Positions 1 through 10,611 of a stretch of 64,000 nt of DNA are shown here, piece by piece (positions within the stretch are counted from its first letter, which is position 1; each line of letters opens with the position of its first letter). The translations under genes were made by a program, and so were the position numbers. This stretch comes from an uncultured Chloroflexia bacterium. GTDB taxonomy: Bacteria; Chloroflexota; Dehalococcoidia; GIF9; UBA5629. The stretch lies in assembly GCA_963848815.1 (NCBI GenBank), contig CAWKFY010000019.1, positions 13,286 through 77,285 of the forward strand, read 5' to 3'. Under the pieces are notes generated by a model, which saw nothing but the letters and a program-made list of their open reading frames with translations, did no database searches and was not told the origin of the DNA.

Positions 1-798
1 CTTTCACTGATAACTTGGACCGAAGTGGGATCATAATAGTCCACGGTCCAGGTATTATTGTCCCAGTTAGTCCAGTCCTGATTGATGGTAAACTGGTGCC
101 CGACCACGGCCTGGATATCGGTATAGGGCGCTGCCTGGACGGGCAGGAATACGGCGCCGCCGCCCGGTTCCTCGACGTCGGCCACCACCTGGGCTGTTAC
201 CTGTCCCGAGGAATTGCCGGCAGTCAGGGTGAAAGCTGTGGTTGTGTAAAGGATAAGGCTGTAACGCCCGCCGGTCGCAACCGAGCCGATGCCGTTATTG
301 ATACTGACAGTATCAGCGCCGGTCGTCTTCCATACAAGCGTGATGATGTCTCCGGGAGCTATTATATTGGGTGTAGTATCGAAGTAGACAACGGTTGGCA
401 GCGGCGCCGGCGGCGTAGGGGCAGCCGCGCTGAACAGCGGGAGCGGGTGCGGGCGTGACGACCACCGTGTTTGAATCGGTGGTCGTGCGGGTTCCCGACC
501 TGGCCGTGAGAGTATAGGTTGTCGTGATGGTGGGCGATACGGTCAGGTTGTCTGCCGGGGCGACTTGGCCGATGCCCTGGTCGATACTGATATTGTCGGC
601 CCCCGTAACGTGCCATTTAAGGCTAATATTATCGCCGCAGTTGCTGCAAGCGGGACTCGAGTAGAAATAATCTATCACAGGCCCGGATTGGGCTATGGGC
701 TGCTGTGATGACGGCGTTGTTTGCTGTTTTACAATGGGCAGGCTGCAACTGAATGCCAGAAGGGCCGACAGCAGCACCAAGATCAAAGGAACTTTCAT
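1..798 (-). CDS. Secreted protein with tandem ~90-aa Ig-like repeat domains (TxTYTLTA motif); 5' partial at window edge and frameshifted around 440-470
   Basis: ORF 313..798 carries an N-terminal signal peptide (MKVPLILVLLSALLAFSCS). A second in-frame repeat domain (PTVVYFDTTPNIIAPGDIITLVWKTTGADTVSINNGIGSVATGGRYSLILYTTTAFTLTA) continues to position 1 in another frame. The two domains are clear paralogous repeats. Confidence 0.55.
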
Positions 799-933
799 GA
801 ATCCACCTCCCCTTTACAGCGCACGCATAAAATTTCAGGTGTCTGCGTATTTAATATACAACTAAAAACGGGACTGGCAAAATGCCGTTCCGACCCATTA
901 AAATAAGATGCCCGTGATTTAAAGGAAGGCGCA

Positions 934-1389
934 TTGCGAAGGTCTGATAAAGAAATAACCGACCGCTCCGAGATAGACGATATACTCCGCCGCGCTAAAG
1001 TCTGTCACCTCGGGTTGAACGATAGGGGCGAATGCTATGTCGTGCCGGTAAATTACGGCTATGACGGAAACTGCCTGTACGTGCATTCGGCCCCGGAGGG
1101 CAGAAAAATCAGTATCCTGAGGGCCGATAACAGGGTAAGCTTTTCCGTATACACCGGCCTGGTCATGCAAAAGTCTGATAAAGCCTGCAGCTTCACTATG
1201 AAGTATAAAAGCGTAATGGGACGAGGACTGGCCTCGCTTTTAGAGAGCCCTGCGGAAAAGACCAAGGCGCTGGATATAATTATGCAGCACCATGCCCGCG
1301 GCGAGTTCAGCTACGATCCGGCCAGGCTGAATAAAATCGTAATAATAAAAATCGACATCCAGAGCCTGACAGGGAAGAAATCTATCTAA
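934..1389 (+). CDS. Pyridoxamine 5'-phosphate oxidase family (flavin-binding, Nim-like) protein
   Basis: N-terminus MRRSDKEITDRSEIDDILRRAKVCHLGL is typical of the PNPOx-like split-barrel family; 151 aa. Confidence 0.75.
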   Translation: MRRSDKEITDRSEIDDILRRAKVCHLGLNDRGECYVVPVNYGYDGNCLYVHSAPEGRKISILRADNRVSFSVYTGLVMQKSDKACSFTMKYKSVMGRGLASLLESPAEKTKALDIIMQHHARGEFSYDPARLNKIVIIKIDIQSLTGKKSI

Positions 1390-2335
1390 CAGGCGGATCG
1401 TGACTAGTGGAAAATCTGGCACTGGGTGTGCAGCAGAAGTTATCTATGAGGCAGCGGTTCCTGCCGGCTTTTTTACACTTGTACATATAGTCGTCAATTC
1501 GCTTGATGATGCTCTTCTCGCTATCACCCGTCTTTACCAGCGTGCCCCCGATGGAAACGGTAATTGTGATCGTCTTTGATTCCAGGCGCAGCCCGGCATT
1601 CTGCACCATGATGCGCAATCTCTCTGCCGAGTTCCTCAACTGAAGCTCGTCGACGTTGGCAACGATTATCAGGAACTCTTCGCCGCCCCAACGGAAGATG
1701 AAATCGAAAGACCTTAAATTATTGAGCATAGTCCGGGCCACTATTTTGAGGACCTCGTCGCCTGCGTCGTGCCCGAAAGTATCGTTTACGCGTTTGAAAT
1801 CGTCCAGGTCGGCAAAAAGCACCCCAAAGGGCCAGCCGTAACGTTTCAGCTCGGAAAGCTTATTTTGCAGGCTCATATCGGCATAGCGGCGGTTTCCTAC
1901 CCCGGTAAGCGGGTCGATAAGGGTCATTTTTTCCAGGTCTGCGGCCCTTTCCCTGATGGCAATGACCGCTGAATTGTCGGCGAAGCTCTGGATGCCGCCG
2001 ATGATGGCGCCCCTGGAGTTACGCATGGCGCTTAGTTTGAGCAGGGCGGGAAGCATGTGCCCGTCTTTGTGACGGAGATAGGTGTTGACCTCACGACGGC
2101 GGCCGTCCTTTATGGTGGCCCGTAGAGGGCAATCCGACTCGCACAAAGGATGGCCCAGCTCGTCAACGTGGGCCAGCAAATTATCACAGCAGCCCTTGCC
2201 CAGGACCTCGTCTTCGCTGTAGCCGGTTATGCGCTCGGCTGACCTGTTCCAGAAGGTGATTGTCCTGTTCAGGTCAACGAAGTAAACACCGTCGTAGAGA
2301 TTGTCCAGCAGTTCCCTGTAAGCAAGATTGTCCAT
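1382..2335 (-). CDS. PAS-sensor diguanylate cyclase (GGDEF domain)
   Basis: PAS-like N-terminus (FWNRSAERITGY) and a GGDEF domain with an RWGGEEF active-site motif. Confidence 0.9.
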   Translation of the reverse strand: MDNLAYRELLDNLYDGVYFVDLNRTITFWNRSAERITGYSEDEVLGKGCCDNLLAHVDELGHPLCESDCPLRATIKDGRRREVNTYLRHKDGHMLPALLKLSAMRNSRGAIIGGIQSFADNSAVIAIRERAADLEKMTLIDPLTGVGNRRYADMSLQNKLSELKRYGWPFGVLFADLDDFKRVNDTFGHDAGDEVLKIVARTMLNNLRSFDFIFRWGGEEFLIIVANVDELQLRNSAERLRIMVQNAGLRLESKTITITVSIGGTLVKTGDSEKSIIKRIDDYMYKCKKAGRNRCLIDNFCCTPSARFSTSHDPPVR

Positions 2336-2728
2336 ACGGATTTATTTGATTAAAACAGCTGCCGCGCCACCTTTAAAAGTATTCTTCTCCCGACGTTGTC
2401 TTATAAAACGCAATTCCTGCATAAAGGTTTAAAATTGCACTGTACATACTTGCGAAGTGATCCTCGGTCTGCCTCAAGGAGCCTCCACTTAAGCAATTAG
2501 TTTGGGGTATCGGCATAGATATTCGGAAAATAATCGAGCGCGTATTTTAGCAAGCCCGGCGGGAGATTTCAAGACCTTTTCTTAAAGCTGGCTTAGCTTC
2601 GCAGCACGATTGAAAAAAAATTTACAAAACTTAATAATTAATCGTAAATTTCATAAACGCCGGTCGGGGACGGGTGAAAATTTGTACCGCCGGCGGAAAA
2701 ACCCGTAAAATTAAACTTCGGTTGCAAC

Positions 2729-3478
2729 ATGCTTAAAGCTGTTTTATTCGATATCGATAACACGCTGATCCTCTTTGACGAAGCCAGGTTCCTGCGAAAT
2801 TATTTTCCCCTGCTGTCGGTCCGGTTTACCGATATCATTCCCGCAGACAGTATCGCTGACAGATTGATGCAGGCAACCCTGATAATGCACCAGAACGACG
2901 GTTCCATGACCAACCGGGAAAGGTTCACTGCCGCTTTCTGCCGTGACACTGATTGGGACACGGATGAGATCTGGTCACGCTTTGAAAAATTTTATCTTGA
3001 GGACTGGGACAAGTTAGGGGACATGGTAAAGACACCCGATCATGTGCGTGACGTTCTTTCCGAGATCGCCCGCAGGGGTCTTAAAACCGTCATCGCTACC
3101 AACCCCATCTTTCCGCTGATAGCTCAGGCAAAGAAACTTGAATGGGCCGGGCTGGGAGATATCGATGCGGCCCTCATCACCAACATCGATAATATGAGCT
3201 ATTGTAAGCCCCAGTTGGGATATTTCCGGGAGATTTGCAGCAAAACCGGCTTGAATCCCGAGGACTGTCTGATGGTGGGCGACGACCCTGCCAACGATAT
3301 GGTGGCAGCCAGGATAGGCATGAAGACATTCCAGACTTGCGACGGACTTGCTTACCAGGAGATACCCAGGGAAGTTAGCAAAATAGTCACGGGCAACAAT
3401 ACGGATGGGATACCGCCCGCCGATTTCCAGGGTCCGCTATCCTGCGTGACGCAAGCCGTGGACACCCTCCTCAAATAA
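2729..3478 (+). CDS. HAD-superfamily hydrolase
   Basis: Motif I (FDIDNTL) at the N-terminus, and a later GDDPANDM motif. Confidence 0.8.
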   Translation: MLKAVLFDIDNTLILFDEARFLRNYFPLLSVRFTDIIPADSIADRLMQATLIMHQNDGSMTNRERFTAAFCRDTDWDTDEIWSRFEKFYLEDWDKLGDMVKTPDHVRDVLSEIARRGLKTVIATNPIFPLIAQAKKLEWAGLGDIDAALITNIDNMSYCKPQLGYFREICSKTGLNPEDCLMVGDDPANDMVAARIGMKTFQTCDGLAYQEIPREVSKIVTGNNTDGIPPADFQGPLSCVTQAVDTLLK

Positions 3479-3574
3479 GACAACCTCATCGGAATCCATT
3501 GATACCATTCTGCTTTTCATGTATAGTGGTACTGCTCTTAGCTTTAGAGCGAATTTAATCAGGGTTTAGGAGGC

Positions 3575-4927
3575 ATGATGACTGAAGATTATGCAGAGAA
3601 AAGCTTCTGGCTGGGCAACTCAGGCAGCTACCAGGCCAATCCACCGTTGCAAGGAGACCTTAAGTGCGATGTCGCAATTGTGGGAGGCGGATTTGCCGGG
3701 ATTGCCACCGCTTATTACCTCAAGAAAGCGCAACAGTCGTTAAAGGTGGCCGTGCTGGAGAGCAACGTGATCGGCTATGGGGCATCGGGCCGCAACGCCG
3801 GCTTTGCCATGACTACCTTCGGCCTGATGATGTCGATTACCAAGATGCTGTTCGGGGTCGAGAGGACCAAGCAGTCGCACCGCTATATGGAGAGGGCGGT
3901 GGACCTGGTGGGCGAACTGGTAAAGGAACATAAGCTGGATTGCGAATATGAGCTTCCGGGCTTCCTGCGTATCGCTACGACGCCGGCATATGTAAAACGT
4001 ATTAAGGAGGAGGTAGACCTGGTCAAGGAGTTGGGGTTGACGGGCGTGGACTGGATAGAAGCGGATGAGGTCCAGAAACGCGTCCGCTCGCCGCAATATA
4101 TGGGGGCTTGGTGGGAGCCAAGGTGTGCATTGGTCAACCCGGCCAAACTGGCGCGTGAGATGAAGAGGGTGGCTTTGCAATATGGGGCGGAGGTTTACGA
4201 GATGACCCCTGTGGAAGAAATAAAACGGACTTCGCAGGGCTTCACGCTTAAGACGCCCGGGGGGACCGTGTCTGCGGATAAGCTGGCCCTGGCCACCAAT
4301 GGCTACTCACTGGCTATCCCCGAGCTGAAAGCCATGCAACAGCCGGTGTGGACCTATATCATACTGAGCGAGCCCCTCAAAAAGGAGCAATTGGATGAGA
4401 TAGGCTGGCAGGGCCGTGAGGGTATAGAGGACTACCGCAACCTGGTGCATTACTACCGGCTGACGCCGGACAACCGGCTTCTGATGGGAGGCCGCGATAT
4501 CATCGTGAAATACGGCGCAAATATGGACAACGATATGAACCCGCTGATCTTCTCTCAGCTTGAGCAGGATATAGCCGATTTCTATCCCTGCCTCAAGGGG
4601 CTGCAAATAACCCACCGCTGGGGCGGCCCCGTCTCAGTGCCCATGGATATGGTGCCGGCGCTGGGATACCTGGGAGACAAGCGGGCCGTATACAGCCTGG
4701 GATGTATGGGCCACGGCGTTTCGTTGACGCATCTTAACGGCGAAGTGATGGCCGACCTGCTGATGGAACGCAAATCGGAATGGACGGAGTGTTTCCCTGT
4801 GAACCGCAAGGTATTCAAGTGGCCTCCCGAGCCCGTACGGTTTGTAAGCGAGATGGCCATCCTGAGCTACCTTCACGCTGAAGATGCCTGGCTGGAAAGG
4901 AAAGGGCTTGGACCAGTAAAAAAGTAG
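3575..4927 (+). CDS. FAD-dependent oxidoreductase (DAO family)
   Basis: Rossmann dinucleotide motif VAIVGGGFAGIATAYYL; GGAGG-like SD sits upstream of the ATG; 450 aa. Confidence 0.85.
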   Translation: MMTEDYAEKSFWLGNSGSYQANPPLQGDLKCDVAIVGGGFAGIATAYYLKKAQQSLKVAVLESNVIGYGASGRNAGFAMTTFGLMMSITKMLFGVERTKQSHRYMERAVDLVGELVKEHKLDCEYELPGFLRIATTPAYVKRIKEEVDLVKELGLTGVDWIEADEVQKRVRSPQYMGAWWEPRCALVNPAKLAREMKRVALQYGAEVYEMTPVEEIKRTSQGFTLKTPGGTVSADKLALATNGYSLAIPELKAMQQPVWTYIILSEPLKKEQLDEIGWQGREGIEDYRNLVHYYRLTPDNRLLMGGRDIIVKYGANMDNDMNPLIFSQLEQDIADFYPCLKGLQITHRWGGPVSVPMDMVPALGYLGDKRAVYSLGCMGHGVSLTHLNGEVMADLLMERKSEWTECFPVNRKVFKWPPEPVRFVSEMAILSYLHAEDAWLERKGLGPVKK

Positions 4928-5040
4928 ACGGCTTTGTAAGCTAAAGCACTTCTACCGCATGACAGCGCGGGAATGAAGTGATAAAATCGTTCAGCCTTTA
5001 TAAGCGGACCTCTAATGGTCCGCTTACAAATTAAAAAGAC

Positions 5041-5799
5041 ATGGTAAATCCGATTCTGATCAACCTTTTCCTGCTGGTGCTGGTGCTGGTGCTGGCCCAC
5101 ACGGTCGAGACTGTGCTGGGATTTGGCGCGACCACCATAGCCCTGGCACTGGGCATCTTTATACTGCCGCTAAATACCCTGCTCCCCGTGCTGGTCATAC
5201 TCGGCCTGCTGCAGAGCGCCTGGCTGGTGGCGCGCTGGGGACGCCACATCCAGTGGCGCGTGCTGCTGCTCAAGATATTGCCCGGGGCGGTCATAGGCCT
5301 GGCCATAGGCATCTACTACAGGACGCAGGTGGCGAGCTATACGCAGCTTCTCATACTGTTGGGCGTCTTCATCATGGCCGTATCCATAATGGAGACAATT
5401 CTTATTTACAAGACCAAAGCGGCGGGAGGCAGCCTTCCCTGGTATATAGGCTGGCCGATCCTGATATTTGGCGGGATATTCCACGGCATCTATGCTGCAG
5501 GGAGCCCGATGATCATCTATTACTCCAGCCGCGAATTTAAGGAACCGGCGGATTTTAGGGCCACGCTCTCTACTCTATGGCTGATCCTTAACATCACCCT
5601 GCTGGTGAGCCTGCATTCTACGGGGCAGATAAACGTCGATACACTCACCACCACGGGCATCCTACTGCCGGGACTTATCGCCGGCATAGTTCTGGGCAGC
5701 TACATGAAGTTCAGAGCTCTGGTTTTCAAAGTGCTCATCTATGCCATCCTGTTTGTGGCGGGCCTGCTGCTCTTCATTCAGCAGGTGAGCAGTCTCTGA
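5041..5799 (+). CDS. TauE/SafE (DUF81) family sulfite/anion exporter-like membrane protein
   Basis: Polytopic hydrophobic protein of 252 aa with a duplicated 4-TM architecture. Confidence 0.7.
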   Translation: MVNPILINLFLLVLVLVLAHTVETVLGFGATTIALALGIFILPLNTLLPVLVILGLLQSAWLVARWGRHIQWRVLLLKILPGAVIGLAIGIYYRTQVASYTQLLILLGVFIMAVSIMETILIYKTKAAGGSLPWYIGWPILIFGGIFHGIYAAGSPMIIYYSSREFKEPADFRATLSTLWLILNITLLVSLHSTGQINVDTLTTTGILLPGLIAGIVLGSYMKFRALVFKVLIYAILFVAGLLLFIQQVSSL

Positions 5800-5856
5800 T
5801 TTCAAATACTACGGGAAATGTTAAAATAGGCAAAAATATTTTTTTAATATTGAATA

Positions 5857-6874
5857 ATGGCTAATAAACCCTCTCGCAGGCACATACCCGCCGGGTTGGC
5901 TTACATAGCCGACAATATACAGGCCGGAGACAATATTCTTGGGCTTCCCAAAGCGGATAAGGCAGCGTGGGCGAAGGGGATCGATTTTTCCAGGGACAAT
6001 TCCACCATATTCTTTGCCGGCTGCGGCTACCAGTATTCGGCCGCGCTCGAGCCGCTGGTGGCTGCCCTGCTACAGGCAGACCGCGTATCGATGGACCCCG
6101 ATCTGCCCGTAAAAGTAGGCGGCATATCCATGAGGCTCGGATTTAACGCGGCAAATGTTTTTTCGAAGGTTGCTTCCCGGGATGCTGCCGGTGATTCATT
6201 TGTACTGCGGGACGCGGTCAGGGTCCTGAAAGCCCTCGGGATGGATATCGCATATCTGGGTGAGGACGAGCCTTGCTGTGGTGCGCCTCTTTACCATACG
6301 GGACTTCGGAATGAGTTCGCAGCCAGGGCGGCCTGGATTCACTCCAGGTTGAAGTCTATGGGTGTGAAGAAGATCATCGGCATGGTGCCTTCCTGCACAT
6401 ATGCTGTGCGCGACCTTTTCCCCAAAGCGGCGCCGGGCTTCGATATTGAAGTTAAACATTTTATCGAAGCCGTGGCTGAGAATATTGGGCAAGGCAAGCT
6501 TTAAATATCCCCGCAAGGTAAAAGTGGCATATCATGATCCCTGCCAGCTCGGCAGGTACATGGGGTTGATCGAACAGCCGCGTGCGGTGCTGAGAGCCGT
6601 CGAAAATGTCGAGCTGGTCGAGCCGGAATGGACATCGGGTGAATGGTCCACCTGCTGCGGAGGCGGGGGTGGCTTCGAAGTGGTCTTTCCCGATATGAGC
6701 CGTACACTGGCTGTGAACAGGGCGGCGGAGCTGGCCGAAACCGGGGCGGAAATCATAGCCACCCAATGCCCTGGCTGTATAATGCAGCTCAGAAGCGGGC
6801 TTAAGGAACTTAAAAAGGTTGATATAGAAGTGGTCGATCTGGCCAGCCTGCTGGCAAGGTCTTTGCCTGAATGA
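5857..6874 (+). CDS. lutA: LutA-like (Fe-S) oxidoreductase with two CCG cysteine-rich domains; frameshift near 6490-6505
   Basis: Pieces are 5857..6504 and 6401..6874. The first CCG domain (CCGAP) is in piece 1. In piece 2 the in-frame sequence KVAYHDPCQLGRY...CCGGGG...CPGC only begins mid-ORF, and the first ~30 aa of that ORF are out-of-frame junk. Confidence 0.75.
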
Positions 6875-6890
6875 ACACAAAGCAAGTTCA

Positions 6891-8081
6891 ATGACGATAT
6901 CTAAAGACTATAGAAAAGAGCTTAAAGAGGCCCACGCCAACGACAGGATACGCCTGGCCGTATCGCGTGCCGTAAAAAGCTACCGTACGAACACAAAAAA
7001 TGCTCTAAAGAAGTTTCCCAAGACTGTAAAGATGGCCGAAGAGGTCAGGAAGATCAAGGAGCACTCAATCCAGCACATGTGGGAGCTGGCCGAAGAGGCA
7101 GGCCGGTGCATCGAGGAAAACCACGGCAAGGCTTATATGGCCAGGACGGCCGGGGAGGCTCTGGCTATCATCGAGGGCCTGGTCGGCAAGGGCAAACTGA
7201 TCGTAAAATCCAAAAGTATGACGGCCGATGAGATCGACCTGCGGGAACATCTCGAGAAGGCCGGGAACGAAGTTTTCGAGACCGACCTGGGCGAGTTCAT
7301 CATTCAGAAGATGGGGCATCGTCCCATGCACATCCTTTCCCCTGCCATTCACGTCCCGCGTGAAGATGTGGCTGAGCTTTTCTCCAGGATAACGGGCAAG
7401 AAATTGCCGCCGGACATTCCCACGCTGGTGGCTACAGCCAGGGAGCTGCTGCGCCAGAAATTCTTCAGCGCTGATATCGGAATCAGCGGGTCCAACGTTG
7501 TTGCCGCCGACACCGGCACGTTATTTATCATCGAAAATGAGGGCAACATACGGTTGACAACAGGGGCGCCCCCGGTACATATAGCGCTGGTCGGGCTGGA
7601 GAAGCTGGTGCCTTCGCTGGAGGATGCCTTCAAAGTTGCCCAGGTCACCTGGCGCTATGCCAACTACACGGTCCCTTCTTACGTCAATATGGTCTCCGGG
7701 CCCAGCAAGACCGGCGATATTGAGAAAGTGACAACCTACGGGGCCCACGGCCCGAAAGAGTTTCACGTCATATTTATGGACGATGGCAGAACGCGGCTGG
7801 CGGCGGACCCCGTCCTGCGGCAGGCCCTCTATTGCCTGCGTTGCGGCGGATGCCTTTATGAATGCCCGGTCTTCGGGCTAACAGCCGGCTTTTTCGGCGA
7901 TAAGTATTTTGCAGGTATCGGGGCCGTCTGGGCCGGGGAAATCACCGGAGACCTCGAAAAAGCCTCGTCCATGGCCTATACCTGCCTGACATGCGGCCGG
8001 TGCCGGGTAAGGTGTCCCATGAAGATAGATGTTCCCGAGATGGTACTGGCCCTGCGCAAGTCGTTCGCCGAGCCGGAATGA
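6891..8081 (+). CDS. lutB: LutB-like iron-sulfur cluster-binding protein (LUD domain plus 2x[4Fe-4S] ferredoxin motifs)
   Basis: CLRCGGCLYECPVFG and CLTCGRCRVRCPM motifs; sits immediately downstream of lutA. No lutC in the window. Confidence 0.8.
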   Translation: MTISKDYRKELKEAHANDRIRLAVSRAVKSYRTNTKNALKKFPKTVKMAEEVRKIKEHSIQHMWELAEEAGRCIEENHGKAYMARTAGEALAIIEGLVGKGKLIVKSKSMTADEIDLREHLEKAGNEVFETDLGEFIIQKMGHRPMHILSPAIHVPREDVAELFSRITGKKLPPDIPTLVATARELLRQKFFSADIGISGSNVVAADTGTLFIIENEGNIRLTTGAPPVHIALVGLEKLVPSLEDAFKVAQVTWRYANYTVPSYVNMVSGPSKTGDIEKVTTYGAHGPKEFHVIFMDDGRTRLAADPVLRQALYCLRCGGCLYECPVFGLTAGFFGDKYFAGIGAVWAGEITGDLEKASSMAYTCLTCGRCRVRCPMKIDVPEMVLALRKSFAEPE

Positions 8082-8437
8082 AGACCGCCGGAGACCGCAG
8101 GCTTTCAATCTGCTTACGTTCGTTTAAAAACGTCACCAAAAGGGTACAAAAGTCACAGAAAAATCGCACATGAAGGACTAGGATAAGATCATAAGAGAGG
8201 AAGAGGCAGAGGAGGCAGAAGGAAGGAGGTGAAAGACATGATGAAGATACTAAGCATGTTGGGTCGGCGCCAGCTGATCGCAGCCCGCTCCTCCAGGGTT
8301 GATCTGAAAGATCGGCCAGGGAGGAGGGAGGAAGGTTCCCGAGCTCCTTGATTTGATTGGGAAAAAGGGCCCAGCAGGTTATCTGACAACAATAGCTCAG
8401 GAGAGCTAAAGGAAGGAGTAGTGGAACGAAGCAGAGG

Positions 8438-8479
8438 ATAGGCTGCCGGAGTAAAAATCCGGAGCCTATTCTTTTTTTA
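8438..8479 (+). terminator. Rho-independent terminator (ATAGGCT-g-CCGGA loop TCCGG-AGCCTAT followed by T7)
   Basis: Hairpin and U-run read directly from the sequence at the end of the GA-rich region downstream of lutB. Confidence 0.5.
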
Positions 8480-8542
8480 TACGCTCTATTCAGTTATCCC
8501 CGCCGGGGACAGAGAGTGATAAGAGCGGGGCTACGTCAAATA

Positions 8543-8932
8543 CTAATGCAAAGCCAGGCTCAGTGTAATCGCAATCAGGACCACCCCGGTTATGACGGTA
8601 TATATAATGTCCTTCCTCCAGACGAAATATATTACCGATACGATCACCCTGGCGTAAACGGTCAGAAGCATCATCACAATCCCCAGTGTAATAAATAAGA
8701 TGGCGTTATCCTGCGCATAGCGGTTCGAAAGCAGCTCGTAAATCAGGCTGAAAAAGTTTTGCCCGTGCACGTACATCGAGCTGTCACCCAGGGATATATT
8801 CAGGTTGCCGTGAGAGCCATAGAAAAAGACGATTCCGATTATGATAAGGGCGAGGCTGGCTATAATACCGGATATAAGCAGATAGCTGATCGCCGTTTCC
8901 AGTTTGGATTCGCCGCTGCCTAAATTGATCAT
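8543..8932 (-). CDS. DUF1634 membrane protein (TauE/SafE partner)
   Basis: 129 aa with 3-4 TM segments. Its start overlaps the stop of the upstream DUF81 gene by 4 nt, which is the classic DUF81-DUF1634 pairing. Confidence 0.7.
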   Translation of the reverse strand: MINLGSGESKLETAISYLLISGIIASLALIIIGIVFFYGSHGNLNISLGDSSMYVHGQNFFSLIYELLSNRYAQDNAILFITLGIVMMLLTVYARVIVSVIYFVWRKDIIYTVITGVVLIAITLSLALH

Positions 8933-9750
8933 AGTGCGGATATCCCCTTATACACCATCTGGACAATCAGGATGGCGACTATAATGAAAAAAAGTACCCT
9001 GACCGTTTTGTCGTTCAACTTATTTAAAACCCTGGCTCCCAGCAGCGCACCTATTGTAGTGCCGACTGCAATGGGGGCCATCAACGTCAAATTTAAGAAC
9101 CCCGAAAAAAGATAGACGCTGGTGGCGGCCAGGGCGGTCATGCCGATGATAAAGTTGCTGGTGGTGCTGGAGACCTTGGGCGGCAGCTTGAGGACATGCT
9201 CCTGGACGGTTACCTTAAAAGCGCCAGCCCCTATTCCCAGCATGCCTGCCGCCAGCCCTGCCACCGCCATCCCCAGGCCTCCCAGAAGTGAATTGGTGGC
9301 CTTATATTCGATGACCTCCTTTCGGGCTTCATCGAAATAGCTGCCTTGAAGGTCCAGCGCGGCGGAAATCTTATCCTGCCGCTGCACGGAAGGAACGTAG
9401 TCCTGAGCAAATTCGCTTACCTTAGCAAAAGAAGTCAGCAGGAATGCGGCGAAGAAAAAATAGAGGAATACGGGAGCTATGAAAGTCGTGATGGTGGCCC
9501 CTATGATTGCGCCCGTGATGGTGAATACCTCCAGGAACATGGCAATTTTAATATTAGTAATACGGTCCCTGATATAGGCCGAAGCTGCGCCTCCCGACGT
9601 TGCAATAATGCTGACCATCGAGGAAGCTATGGCAACTTTGACCGGCACGCCTAAAAGCACGAGTACGGGAATAAGTATGCTGGCCCCTCCCAACCCCGTA
9701 AGAGCACCCAGGAAGCCCACCAATACGGAGACAATTGCCAGAGTGATCAT
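8929..9750 (-). CDS. TauE/SafE (DUF81) family anion exporter
   Basis: Polytopic 273-aa protein with the Gly-rich motif LGALTGLGGASILIPVLVLL; paralog of the gene at 5041..5799. Confidence 0.8.
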   Translation of the reverse strand: MITLAIVSVLVGFLGALTGLGGASILIPVLVLLGVPVKVAIASSMVSIIATSGGAASAYIRDRITNIKIAMFLEVFTITGAIIGATITTFIAPVFLYFFFAAFLLTSFAKVSEFAQDYVPSVQRQDKISAALDLQGSYFDEARKEVIEYKATNSLLGGLGMAVAGLAAGMLGIGAGAFKVTVQEHVLKLPPKVSSTTSNFIIGMTALAATSVYLFSGFLNLTLMAPIAVGTTIGALLGARVLNKLNDKTVRVLFFIIVAILIVQMVYKGISAL

Positions 9751-9930
9751 GCTGATATCGATATTACTGCCCTCATCACCGGATGTTCGATGAATTTATT
9801 TTAGCACGGCTTACCGGCCAATTACTGTAATGCAGGACTCGCGTGGCCTCCGCTGATATATGCAGAGAAGAATGAAAGTAGTATATTTAATTTGACAATA
9901 CTGTTTATCGAAGGCTTGTGGAGGTGTGCC

Positions 9931-10167
9931 ATGCAATCGAATACGGAGACGCAGGTAAATAAAGTTGGTAGTGCAGAGTGGTGGGGATCCTTCTCTACCT
10001 ATAGCGTTTTCTCCCTGATATTTGGTATTTTTGGCCTTGACCGGTTTTATAAGGGTCAAATTGCGGCAGGAATCATCAAGTTCATCACGTGCGGAGGCTT
10101 CCTGATCTGGTATTTCATTGATATATTTATCTACGGGTACCGTTTGGGGAAGACCGGCCGCTGGTAG
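9931..10167 (+). CDS. TM2 domain membrane protein
   Basis: GIFGLDRFYKGQ...KFITCGGFLIWYFID is a TM2 domain signature. GGAGGTG SD lies 8 nt before the ATG at 9931. The listed ORF start at 9892 is a TTG further upstream. Confidence 0.7.
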   Translation: MQSNTETQVNKVGSAEWWGSFSTYSVFSLIFGIFGLDRFYKGQIAAGIIKFITCGGFLIWYFIDIFIYGYRLGKTGRW

Positions 10168-10195
10168 GCTGTTTGCAGGGTTACCACACTGCTGG

Positions 10196-10408
10196 CTAAG
10201 AGAGTAGTTTTTCCCTGGATTGCAGAAGGTGCTGCATTACCAGTGGGAACTCACGTGTATAGCCGATGGCGCCGCAGTTCGGGCACCTGCGTAATGACCC
10301 TTCGCCATATTTATTCCAGTGGCCTGTACCATATGATATAGGCCTGAGCTCACCGCCGGCGAACACTGCACCACAGGCCGGGCATTTTCGGAAACGCCAG
10401 GCCGCCAT
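10196..10408 (-). CDS. Small zinc-ribbon protein (CPxCG...CPNCG), hypothetical
   Basis: Two CxxC pairs in 70 aa; no other support. Confidence 0.4.
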   Translation of the reverse strand: MAAWRFRKCPACGAVFAGGELRPISYGTGHWNKYGEGSLRRCPNCGAIGYTREFPLVMQHLLQSREKLLS

Positions 10409-10611
10409 TTTACTCCCGCCCTCGGTTCCGGTTCTTGCTGGCTATATTGTAGATCAGACCAGTCATCTCAGTTTCAGGATAGCAGGCCCAGGTTAAGCCG
10501 TGGTTAAGCCCGTTTTATAAAATTGTTAAAATTTCCTGCCATTTTGAGAACTCTGCCCAAAGATTTAAATTATATTTATAGGTAATGAGTCTAATGAGGG
10601 GTGGAGTTATA

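Noticed and set aside
15-458. 147-aa plus-strand ORF at the window start
   Set aside because: It is antisense to the Ig-repeat secreted protein, whose minus-strand repeat domains are clearly the real reading frame.
313-798. Lipoprotein call for the secreted Ig-repeat protein
   Set aside because: The candidate lipobox (L-A-F-S-C) does not fit the L-[AS]-[GA]-C consensus well. Only a generic signal peptide is claimed.
8189-8392. 67-aa minus-strand ORF inside the GA-rich region
   Set aside because: Its low-complexity Leu/Pro/Ser translation comes from the complement of a purine-rich stretch. It has no start context.
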